From NCBI GenBank assembly GCA_012295275.1, contig CM022673.1, positions 5,580,001 through 5,644,000 of the forward strand: a DNA stretch of 64,000 bases, given 5' to 3'. The position numbers were made by a program, and so were the translations under genes. A model generated the notes under the pieces. The model searched no databases and was not told the origin of the DNA. It saw nothing but the letters and a program-made list of their open reading frames with translations. Source of the DNA: Chrysomallon squamiferum. Taxonomy: Eukaryota; Animalia; Mollusca. Below, one piece after another: positions 1 to 11,818 of the stretch (position 1 is the first letter of the stretch; every line of letters starts with the position of its first letter).

Positions 1-716
1 GTCACAGAATTCAGACCAGCAGCATACATTTTTCTCAGCCTGTCTTCCCAGTAGATGCGAGGTATTTGATTATAATGAATACTCCCTGAGACATAGCGGA
101 ATGGTTTGCCATCTTTCAGAAACTGGTCTCCTTTATAATCTATTGTAAATGAACCACCATCAGTCTAAAATTAAAATAAAATGGACTGTTATAAGTTTAA
201 AACAAATAATATCAATATTTAAAGATTATAGACAAAACGTAAAGGATGGTAAGTTTTAATTTATTTATTTATTTATTTATTTATTTATTATTATTATTAG
301 CAGTAGTAGTAGTAGTAGTAGTTTTTTTGTTGTTTTTTTTGTTTGTTTGTTTGTTGTTGTTTTTTTTTAAAGGAAATTGACTTCGAGAAAAGAGACAGAG
401 AGAGAATTAACATGATGGTGACTTTTCATCATCTTTTCATCATCTTTCCAGAAGAACATATTCACCAAGTTCAAACACGTTCAACTCACATACAAAACTT
501 GTTACGACATGCACATGTATTTTATTACATACCTCCCGTATGTAATCTGTATAAAGTGTACAACGTGAAGTCGAGCGTTTCACATACACAGCAGTTAAGA
601 TTCACATTTCTAGCCCTGTATATATGTGATCTAATAAACAAATATCAACTTACCAATGTCACCAACACGATCCCACCAAAACATAACAGTATAGACTGAC
701 AGCTACGACAAACCAT
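1..716 (-). CDS. GH35 beta-galactosidase (GLB1-like) paralogue A, first two coding exons only (716-654; 164-<1); the gene continues beyond the window start
   Basis: Exon 1 reads [21 protein letters not shown]|gtaagt (signal-peptide-like). Exon 2, after tttag, reads [54 protein letters not shown], the GH35 N-terminal motif. Nearly identical to 10620-10786. Confidence 0.92.
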
Positions 717-767
717 TCTACTTTCAACTTGTTCGTTGAGGAAATGTGTAATCTTTAGCCGCTTAAT

Positions 768-811
768 GTCACATGACTTGTAAGAAAAAAAAAATCATAG
801 TGTCACATGAC
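768..811. promoter_or_regulatory. Twin CLEAR/M-box-like E-boxes (GTCACATGAC x2) upstream of beta-galactosidase A
   Basis: GTCACATGAC at 768-777 and 802-811, 52-95 bp upstream of the ATG at 716. The same pair is present in the paralogue promoter. Confidence 0.7.
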
Positions 812-955
812 CCGGGGGCTTTCCACCAGATATACTGTTCGTTATAAAATAAGGAACAGTAATTTATCATTATTCAGTTTAGTTGTTTAGAACTTCTGTC
901 AGTCCTCATGGTTATGTTTATATTTTTTAAGATATTTTTTTTTTATTTACTATTA

Positions 956-1003
<48 letters not shown>

Positions 1004-2104
1004 TATTATTATTATTATTTTATTTATTCGCGTTTAAGTTAAAAGAGGATTGAATGAGATAACGTTTTTAACGACTTATACCAGTATTATTACCTTAGAC
1101 GTAACATTTATTCCTTTACAGATAATTTATTGTTTTTAGCAATAAATCAAGAATATTTTTCACCAAACCTTAATGGTAAATACCATTGAGAACCTGGGGA
1201 GGAAACGTTATTATTAATTGATTTTTTGTTTTTATTATTAAAGTAAAGAAAAAAGATAAAGAAAAAAATAAAAATAAAATAAAAATAATAAAATAATAAT
1301 ACTAATAAATAAAGTTAATAAATACACGAATTGTCTTGTTTTTGTTGTTTTATTATTAACTTTGAATAATAATATATTATTATTTTATTTTATTTTATTT
1401 TATTTATTTTTTATTTTTTATTTTGCAGGTCTTATTATGACAACTATTTCAGCATTACCAAAATTTTTCTTGCTCTTTTTCTTTAGGATTGGAGAATTGA
1501 TAATACAAAATTACACATATTTTTATTTATATATTTGTTTTTCATTTCACCAGGAATGTAAACTATATTGAGAAGTGTTTGTTTATTAGCTTGTAAAATC
1601 CACACATACTTGTTTGATGTAAGTATATTTTATATACATAATCACATGAACAAAATATAAACACGAACAACATGAGTAAAAAAAAATAATTTATTAAATA
1701 AATGAGAATAAATACGAATAAATACTTCCAAATATAAAAGTATAAATGCACAAAATCGTTGTTGTTCTTTGACAAGTGATTTATTTTAAAATCTGTAATA
1801 AATATATAAAAATTATTTTTAAAAAATATCTCTTTCTTATGTATGAAAATAATATACAACTTTATACATCAAAAATTATTTTCTTTAAATGCTTATAAGA
1901 AATATTACTCTTTATTATTTTATTTTTATTCATTTATTTATTTAGACTAGTATACAAAATCAATACTACCTTCATCACAATGATGCTTAAATAAATTATT
2001 CAAAATTATCAATGTTTATTTTCAGAGACAAACATCTGTGAAATATTTAACTTCCACAAACACCCATTTTAAAAGTAAGTAAATAATGACATTTTCCTGT
2101 CAAA

Positions 2105-5100
2105 TCAGTAAGTAGGTTTTCCAAGATCTGGTTTATCCAGAAACCTCATTGTACAGTTGGTTGGCATGGTAACACATGGGTCTTTTTCAAGTTCAAATAT
2201 GAGAATTCTGTTTTGTTGTGGGTAGGCGAAGAGTAGATTTTTTGGCACATACAGAGTCACTTGGGGACCTTTGGCAGGCCAGTATTTTCCTAAATTGAAG
2301 TCATTGATGAAAACTTGACCCTGAAATTAGAATAATGTTAATAACTATAGTTAGGCAAGAAAGAAAAACATTTATCTTTTATAAGTCTATTTAATGGAAA
2401 AATGTTAAATATTCTGGTAATTCATTTCAGAAAAAAACTCCTGCCAATGACATGATTATTACGGTATTATTATTTATATTTTTGTAATTAAGCAATGTTT
2501 ACAAGGTAACAATATCTGTTATTACTATTATATTTATAATATCTTAATTTGAAAGCCACAAATCTATGTGTTATAACAACCAACTAGACACTTTAGAAAT
2601 ATTCAGTCTAGTCAATGAAGAACTCTCAAAAAAGGGCAACATTCCATTATTTAAATATCTGTAGAGGACCTGATATCAAACTCTTAGAAACTGGAAAAAA
2701 ACAACTCAGAATGGCAGCAGCTAGTAAGAGTAACAGATTGTAGACTGAATATAAAAGTTAAAACTAAAACAAAATATAAACAACTGATTTATATAATGTA
2801 AATGACTACATACCTTACCCCAGGGCCTGGGGTCTAGAAATGTATCGTGTGGTTCTGCATCTTTGGGTAACTGAAACAATCCTTTGTAGAAAGTTGGAGT
2901 GGTCCAGTTGCCATTATAATTTTCTTTATATTGACCTGTTTTACCATTGTTAGGTAATCTAAAAATATAATAAATACTTTGAAATTATGTTCTTGCTAAA
3001 TGTCCTGGAAAAATAATTCAGTAATTTTTTATTCTTATTAAAATTAATGTTTTAACCTTATTAGGTGGTTTTTTTATAAATGGCTGACATTAAATTATTT
3101 CATTAGTTTCTGTCTCTTTAATATTGTGATTTTCTTTTTTAAATAATTAATTTTTAATTAATATAATCATTACAGACATATTAACATTATATTCATGAAT
3201 AATTAAATAATATTTAATTTAAAAAGTAATAACACTGATACACAAATAATTAGAACTGTTAGCAGATTTCCTGAATGTTGCATATACTAATTACCTCCCC
3301 TGAATATAGAAAACTAATTCAGTAAAATACAAAAGTATTTTAAAAAAAATTATAAACAGTTAAACATTATAAGCAATATTATGGGGCAGAATTTATTTTC
3401 TTTATAATTCTAAGATTTAATAATTCTATTATGATCAAATTATATTAAATTAAAATGGAACTATTCTTGAATGGCACATACAAATAAATTTTAAAATCTT
3501 ACAAGTCATGACTGAAATTTGTGATATTTTCTATAAATAATGGATAGATTTCCCAGTTCACTAGTTTGTCTGTTCCAATAGTTACATTGCTGACTATGCC
3601 CTGAAAATAAAGTTATTTATGAAAATAAAATATTACTGCTAATAACAATAAATACTATAATTAATAGTAGTAATACTACTACCTCCACAACTAATAATAA
3701 ATATCAAGACTACTATTACTACTACTACTACTACTAACACTGTCACAGTTAATCAGTTGCTTCTACTTTTATAAGATTCTACTGTTTTCTAATATTACTA
3801 CAACACCACTATTACAACCATAATAATACTTTTACCCTATTAGTATCATTATCAATATTTTACAACTAGTACTATCATTATCAATAATATTTTTACTTCT
3901 TCTAATACAGCTTCTGTTATTACAATTATGACTATTACAATGACTTCTGTAACAGCTACAATTATCAAAAACTGTCTTTACCTTTTGATTTGGGTCAAGT
4001 CCAGGTTCATAGAAAACTTTCCCCACATTTTCTACAAGAATATCAAGAGTGTCACCCTCTTTGACAGATATCTCTAGTATGTTACTAGTGCGATACATCA
4101 GTATACCAACAGTTTGCTGAAAAAATAAATATTATTATTATCATTGTTATTATTATTATTGTTGTTGTTACCATTATTATTCAAATTATTTCATTATTAT
4201 TATTTTTGTTGTTATTAGTGTCACTATTATTATTATTGTTATTAATGTTACAGTCATTATTATTACTATCATTGTTATTATCATCATCATTATTAAAAAA
4301 TATATATATTACATTTTTAAAAGATTTAAAATTATCTTTTATAGACACTTTTCACAATTTCTGAAAATTTTAAATTAGTATCATGGTTTATCTCAAAATA
4401 AGTATGCAGTCAGCACAATCTCTTTATTTCTGTATAAACATGAATATACTTGTATATGAAGGCCTTGAAACCTAGAATTTATTTACAAAATAATTTATTC
4501 CTTATGAATAGTAATTATAATTAACATTAATATTACAAACTGACCCTATTCACCATCACATAGCCTCTGTCTCTGATTCCTGTAATCTCCAGTGTCTCAT
4601 TATTGTAAGTCTTAGTCAGTGTGTGACGATATAATATATACCCATAATACTGAAATAATAACAATAATATACATCCATAATATGGAAATAATAATAATAT
4701 ATCCACAATAGTGAAATAATAATATATACCCATAATACTGAAATAATAATAATATATATCCATAATAATAAATATCCATAATAATAATAATATATATATA
4801 TATATATCCATAATTCTGTAATAATAATAATGATATATCCATACTACTGAAATAATAACAATAATAATATTATTATATATCCATAATACTGAAATAGCAA
4901 TAGTAAATGAATATGAAAAGTTCTGAAAACAAAATTTTTCAATCTTCTAGGTTTACAATATAAGTCATATATAACATATTTGAAATTTCAGAAAAAAATA
5001 ACTTCTGGTAAAAATAATTTGATGAAAAAGAAAAATAACAGTAATGTGTAGCCAATGAATTGACTATAATAATAAAAGTGAATATTTTAATACAGATATT

Positions 5101-5344
5101 TGAAAGAATTTTTTTATTTTTTTTTAATAATTAAATTAAAACATAATTAACTTTTAAATGCTGCTATTGTTTTTAAATTGTATATATTTTTATATGTGAT
5201 GATTATCTCTATTTTATTATCATTGAAATATTTTTTTTTAAATTTAAACTAAATAAACCTGTCCTAGGTTCTCCATGTTGATTGGATACTGTGATTTTAC
5301 AACACCAGACGTCAGTTCTGAAAGACCATCTTGAATAGTAAATA

Positions 5345-5389
<45 letters not shown>

Positions 5390-6170
5390 AAAAAAGAAGT
5401 GCTTAGAAATGTCACTTTTAGAGTAAATTAATATATTAATAATTTTCTAAAAACTAACAACTAAAATGTTTTTAAAAAGAAAAAGTAACACATATGTATT
5501 AAAGAATGAATATTTACATATTAAAATTGTAGATTATACAAAACACTTTTTTCCAAAATGCTTATATTTTCAGTCTACATTCTATAAAAATATCAAATTA
5601 CAGTTTTTATTATTTTGACATAAATAAACCAGTCTTACTTTAGTAAGTGTAACAGATCCATAGGCAGCCTTTGTTACGTTTGGTGGAACTGGTGTGGGTT
5701 TGTTATCTGTGTACTGCAAGCAAAAGTAAATATACAATTAATTTAATGAAATAATAATAATACCAATAACGATAATATTGATAAAAATAGCAACAAAGAC
5801 AGCAATAATAACAATAATAATAATAATAATAATAATAACAATAATAACAATATCAATGATAAATATAGCAACAAAGACAATAATAATAATAATAATAATA
5901 ATAACAATATCAATGATAAATATAGCAACAAAGACAATAATAATAATAATAATAATAATAATATCAATGATAAATATAGCAACAAAGACAATAATAATAA
6001 TAATAATAATAATAAAAATAATAATAAAATAATAAAAATAATAATACCTTTGTGATAACTTTTCTCATTTGTAAATATTTTTCTGTGGTATCTCCTGACT
6101 CAGTGATTGGAGCATCATAGTCATAACTGGGAATCATTATTCTTAATGGTGTTCCCAATAAAATTCCTGT

Positions 6171-6203
<33 letters not shown>

Positions 6204-8789
6204 ATTTGTTTTATCTTTTATTATCTAAGTGTGTGACAAAAAAATATGAATAATAATTTTAAAAAATGTGAAATATTTCCATTATCATGCAATGTGAAAG
6301 TTATTTTTATTTTGTTTCTGTTAATGCTGCTGTTGTTGTTGGTGTTTTAGTAATTATTAGGGCATATTTGATTTTTTAATTTCCAAATGTTTTAATAGGT
6401 TTAATTATTTTCTGTAATTTTGAAAAGATAAAATGAATACTCAAAATCGTGTGTGCATAGGTGTATGTGTATTTGTTTGTGTGTGTTTCATATGTTTGTA
6501 TGTGTAGTTTGTAATAAAATTCATTTGTTGGAATGTTTTCACTAACCTGCCCAGTAACCAAATGTTGTTCCTCCAGCAAACATAAATCTAAAATTTTTTG
6601 TTTAAAACCACAGTAATATAGAAATGTATATTAAACAAAATACATAATTAAAATTTTCATTGTTATCGACTGAATTTATATTTAGTCAAATTTGGTTACC
6701 ATTTTGAAGAGGACTTCATGTATATTAACAAGAACTTATTTTATTAGATGGTAAACGTTTCATATTCACATTGTTTTAAATAAAATCATATCTGAGTTTT
6801 ATCTATATACAATAATGTTATAAATATTTACATACTAACATTGACAAAATACCCAATGTGTAATGATAATGTTAAAAATACTAACATACTAATATTGACA
6901 CTGTAACCAATATGTAATTACAATGTCAAATACACTTACATACTAACACTGGTGTTATAAAGATTATGTAATTATAATGTTAAAAATAGTTACACACTAA
7001 CACTGGTATTATAACTACTATATCATTACATTAATATTAACACAGATGTTATAAACAATATGTAATTGTGTTAACAATGCTTACATACTAACACTGACAT
7101 TATAACCAGCATGTAATTATAATGTTAATATACTAACTTGGTAGGTGTAATGAATATGTGATAATTATGTTAACAACACTTACATACTAACACTGACATT
7201 ATAACCAGCATGTAATTGTAATGTTAACATACTAACATGGTAGTGTGATGAATATGTGATAATTATGTTAACAACACTTACATACTAACACTGACATTAT
7301 AACCAGCATGTAATTATAATGTTAACATACTAACATGGTAGGTGTAATGAATATGTGATAATTATGTTAACAACACTTACATACTAACATGTAAATATAT
7401 GTTAACATACTAACATGGTAGGTGTGATGAATATGTGATAATTATGTTAACAACACTTACATACTAACACTGGCATTGTAAGCTAGAACAATATCCAGAC
7501 TTTTTGCTATGGCATGCCAGTCATGGTGATGCCAGGGTTCGCCCCAGTAGTCCAACTCCCCTGTGTAAAACTCGTTACACACCTGTAAGAAAATGTGTTA
7601 AGGTAACAGTAAGCATTCATTCATATTGTAAAAAGATTTAACATGGTCCATCTGCTTTTAAACCATTTAATATTCCTGATATTTACACATTAATATTTGC
7701 TGTGTGTTGTGTATTTGGATATGGGTGTGTGTGTGTGTGTGTGTGACTGTCTGTCTGTCTGTGTATGTATGTTGGTGTGGAATGGCATGTACATAAATTA
7801 ACTCACAGAAGGGCCATGAGGTTCCCATCTCCTCTGAGGCTCAAAAGCTTTTTTTGCATTAACTTGAAAAATAAAATATTTGCAATAAAAATACAACACA
7901 AATAAAAATGTCCATGGCTTTCCAGAATGGACATAGTACAGTAAGCTGTCTTTAAGTTCTTGAGGCATAAATGAATGAATGAATCAATCAATCAATCAAC
8001 CAACCAATATGTTTAACAACACCCCAGCATGAAAAACAGATTTACTACCAAGATCAGGTTGATCAGGTTTCTTCTCAAATTATAATTACAGCCAAGTTAA
8101 TTCAAGCTACACCTGTATACTTGATTACATGTCAGGTATAATGTATACATCTATAATAATGATGGCTACATGTTGGTCTCCTAGAAACTCCCAGTTCAGA
8201 AATCAAGAATGCAATATGTCAGAATAAAGATTTGGAAACATAACAATGGTAGGAACTAATGAATAGTCAACTGATAAACACCTGCTGATCCTAACTAACA
8301 TTCAAATGTTTTGAGATTTTTCACTAGCTACTATGTAAATAATTTACTGAGCAATGGGAGCTTTGATTAAATCTAGTTCATAGTATTTTTAGACAATAAT
8401 ATAAATCAGTGAAGACGTTTAATATGCTAAAAACGTGTTAAATAATTATATTTCATTTTAATTATCATAATTTTTAATATATAAATTATAATAAAATAAT
8501 ACTCTACTGTGTTTTAAGCAGTCATTTTTTTTTTTTTTAAATTATTTTAGAAAAAATTAATAATAATAATAAAATGATTTACATGTTGTGCCAAAATCAA
8601 TTGTGGCGTAGAGACCCTCCAGTGTTCCACACTTCAAGAACCAGTCTGCGCCTCCATCCAGAGTGAACAAGACTATCTCGTCTCCAAGGTAACTGTGGAA
8701 TGTCTTCTTTAGATAGCGTAGATAGTCAAAATCACAGACAGAGTAGCTGCCATATTCATTCTCTACCTGTAAAATGTAAAACATATTTT

Positions 8790-8826
<37 letters not shown>

Positions 8827-9827
8827 GGTTGGATTGGGAAATAGATCAATAGATGTAACAAGGAGGTTTGATCCTGTTAGTCATCATGCCTCACATGTAT
8901 TAAGTTTACAGTGTATTACCTGTACAGCAATGATTGGTCCACCATTTTGATAAAGAAGAGGTTTCACCATTGGCAACAGAATTCCGAGCCATTTGTCTAC
9001 AGCAGAAATGTACACTGAAAACAGAAGTGAATGTTTAAAGTGCCATCTGGGTTTATTGAATTGATTAAATTTCTATATTATTCATTGTTCTAGAATTTTG
9101 CTAAGGAATTCATGAAATAAAATACAGATTCGTGTCAATTTCAATTACTTTTTTTAATATACACATTTAATAATAATAATAATAATAACAACAACAACAA
9201 CAACAACAATAGCAACAATAACAACATCAACAACCAACAACAACAACAATAATAATAATATTCTGCTGAATGTTATAAAATGTTATACTTATGACGTTAA
9301 GGGCTTAAATACTTCAATTAATTATGTGTAAAATGTTATACTTACAAGTTACATAGTTGCACATGTAGATACACCAGCTGAACAATAATAATAAGAATAA
9401 CGAACTATATGCACAAAAATTAATTTAAATTCAAATGCTAATACAAAATTTATTATAATACTAACACACTAATTAAAATTTATGAATATTTGTAAACTAA
9501 CCAGGATCCATTGATCGTACGACCATGTTTTTTGCATGTGCTGTCAGCCATCCTGGAAGACCACCCTGAAATATTAATTTAATTAATAACAGTTGTTGTA
9601 GTTGTTGTTGTTGTAGTAGCAATAAGAACAATATACTGATAGTTTGAACAAAATTTCATATTAATTTTAACATGAAGTTACAATTGATTATGAAGATGAT
9701 GATGATGATACAATATCAACAACCATCACAATCATAGCAGTGGTGGTGAAGGTGGTGATAGTAGAAATTACAATCTACTCAACAACAGTGAATATGTATT
9801 GACTTGTAATTATACATTTTATTATTA

Positions 9828-9898
<71 letters not shown>

Positions 9899-10121
9899 GT
9901 TTGTTAATTATCTTACAAAATCCCAGCCAGCATCTACGTAGGGTCCAGGGCGGAGGATGACAGTGAAATTGAGGGTGTGACAAAGCTTGATAAACCCAAC
10001 CAGATCCAGATTATCTCCAAAATCATAAATCCCTGGTTTCGGATTATGATAATTCCATGGGACATATCTGAAAAATAAAATTAACAATCATAATAATAAA
10101 TATCTTTAAATATTCATTGAA

Positions 10122-10152
<31 letters not shown>

Positions 10153-10223
10153 AGTAATATTTTCTTTTACTTTTCTACTGTAAAATACTGAGTAAAGCAT
10201 ATTTGTTATTAAAATATTTAAAT

Positions 10224-10266
<43 letters not shown>

Positions 10267-11166
10267 TTAAACAGATTTAAAGTGGAAGTTATGTAATACT
10301 GTATAATTAAAATATCATGCCTAGTTCCTAGGAGGGAAATATAACAAATAAAAAATATGTTAAAATTTTCAACTTGAATGTTATAAAATTGAACGTTCAG
10401 AAATAAAAGTACAAATAATGTAACAATGTAGATGAATGTAATAAATACATCACCTTAATGACAGGATGTTTTATAGTCATGATATTATAGGAATAAATAC
10501 TTCTGACATATATTTACAACTTACATCGTTGCATATAAAGATATATCTGATGAATGTTATAAAAAGTCATATTAATGTCGCTGAAGATATTACGGAATGT
10601 TATAAAATGTTATACTTACGTCGTCACAGAATTCAGACCAGCAGCATACATTTTTCTCAGCCTGTCTTCCCAGTAGATTCGAGGTATTGAATTATAATGA
10701 ATACTTCCTGAGACATAGCGATATGGTTTGCCATCTTTCAGAAACTGGTTACCTTTGTAATCTATGGTAAATGTACCACCATTAACCTAAAATTGCAAAA
10801 TTTAGAGCCATCTATGTTAATATATGTTTCAGTAATTTTATGACTAAATATGACGTTTTCTTATTCATAACCTAGCATCATTGAATAAATATATAAATAC
10901 ATCTATTACGAAACACAGTTGATCTTTGTTAACACATTTCCAGACTGGAAATCAAAATTAATAAAACAGACTTCTGATAGTTCTATCTCAGACTTAAAAG
11001 CATTTCATAATAATGATAAACCGTTATTCACTTACTGTTTATGTTAATCGACGATCTAACGAAATGTACAGAAAATAAATCCTAAAAAGTAATCCAAACT
11101 TACCAAAGTCGCTAACAGTACACCACCAAAACATAACAGTTGAATTAGACAGCTCTGACAAACCAT
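2105..11166 (-). CDS. GH35 beta-galactosidase (GLB1-like) paralogue B, complete, 17 coding exons
   Basis: Approximate exons: 11166-11104, 10786-10620, 10067-9917, ~9565-9502, ~9015-8920, 8766-8583, ~7862-7807, 7582-7461, ~6587-6547, ~6166-6048, ~5713-5639, ~5345-5259, 4649-~4545, ~4116-3982, 3600-3503, ~2957-2814, ~2320-2105, all GT-AG and in phase. Motifs: [29 protein letters not shown] (acid/base Glu), VCNEFYTG (nucleophile Glu), [47 protein letters not shown] stop at 2107-2105. Confidence 0.95.
4631..4897 (-). repeat. Minisatellite (~30 bp degenerate unit) built from the 3' splice site and first codons of beta-galactosidase B exon 13
   Basis: The minus-strand unit ttatttcag|tattatgg(g/a)tatatatta is repeated about 9 times. 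The last copy is the real acceptor (exon starts at 4649, YYGYILYRH). Confidence 0.85.
5760..6030. repeat. Intronic tandem repeat: (AAT)n plus caatatcaatgataaatatagcaacaaagac, about 4 copies
   Basis: The core atagcaacaaagaca recurs at about 5787, 5864, 5921 and 5976, separated by variable (AAT)n. It explains the poly-L and poly-I ORFs. Confidence 0.85.
6825..7485 (-). repeat. Minisatellite (~99 bp unit, decaying leftwards) containing copies of the exon 8 end and 5' splice site of beta-galactosidase B
   Basis: The plus-strand sequence cttacatactaaca (minus strand tgttagtat|gtaag) occurs at junctions 7461 (real), 7381, 7282, 7184, 7085 and 6940. Confidence 0.85.
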
Positions 11167-11230
11167 TCCAAAATGAATCAATGATCAAACGAGCAAACAA
11201 AACTGATGGCGGTTTGTAAAAATGTGACTG

Positions 11231-11268
11231 GTCACATGATTTCTACGGAAGAAACAAAGTCACATGAC
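11231..11268. promoter_or_regulatory. Twin CLEAR/M-box-like E-boxes upstream of beta-galactosidase B
   Basis: GTCACATGAT at 11231-11240 and GTCACATGAC at 11259-11268, 65-102 bp upstream of the ATG at 11166. Confidence 0.7.
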
Positions 11269-11782
11269 ACGTTCATTTTTTCGTCAGGTATACTCCTCGC
11301 TCAAAAGTAAGGTACAAGTGAATTATTTTATAATTACAATAATAACTATAGTGTGCAGGCCAGTGGCAAATCAAAAAATGTCTGATGTTAAGACATGGAC
11401 GAAATAGTTCTGCATGTTTAGATTAAATGTGCAATAAAATAACATAATTAATTACTGTTTATACATAATAATTACTGATAATTTGTATATATAATATTGT
11501 TGTAATTATTTCTTTCTTTCTTTCTTTTTTAATCTATTATTTTTATATTTATAATTTTATTTACATAAATGATTGTGGTGTTTGAGAAAACGTATAATTG
11601 TGTCAAATGAATAAATAGATGTGTTTTTGTTTGTTTTGTTTTTTAATATTTTGTTTTATTCATTCATTCATTCATTTTGATTTGTTTGTTTTTGTTTTCG
11701 ATATGATCTGCTTTATCTTGTTTCAAGATTATTTTTATTTATTTTATTTTATATTTTATTTTTTTATTTTTTTTATTTTTTA

Positions 11783-11818
<36 letters not shown>

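Noticed and set aside
6825-7485. CRISPR-like regularly spaced repeats
   Set aside because: The spacers are themselves repeated, the context is a eukaryotic intron, and there are no cas genes. It is a minisatellite.
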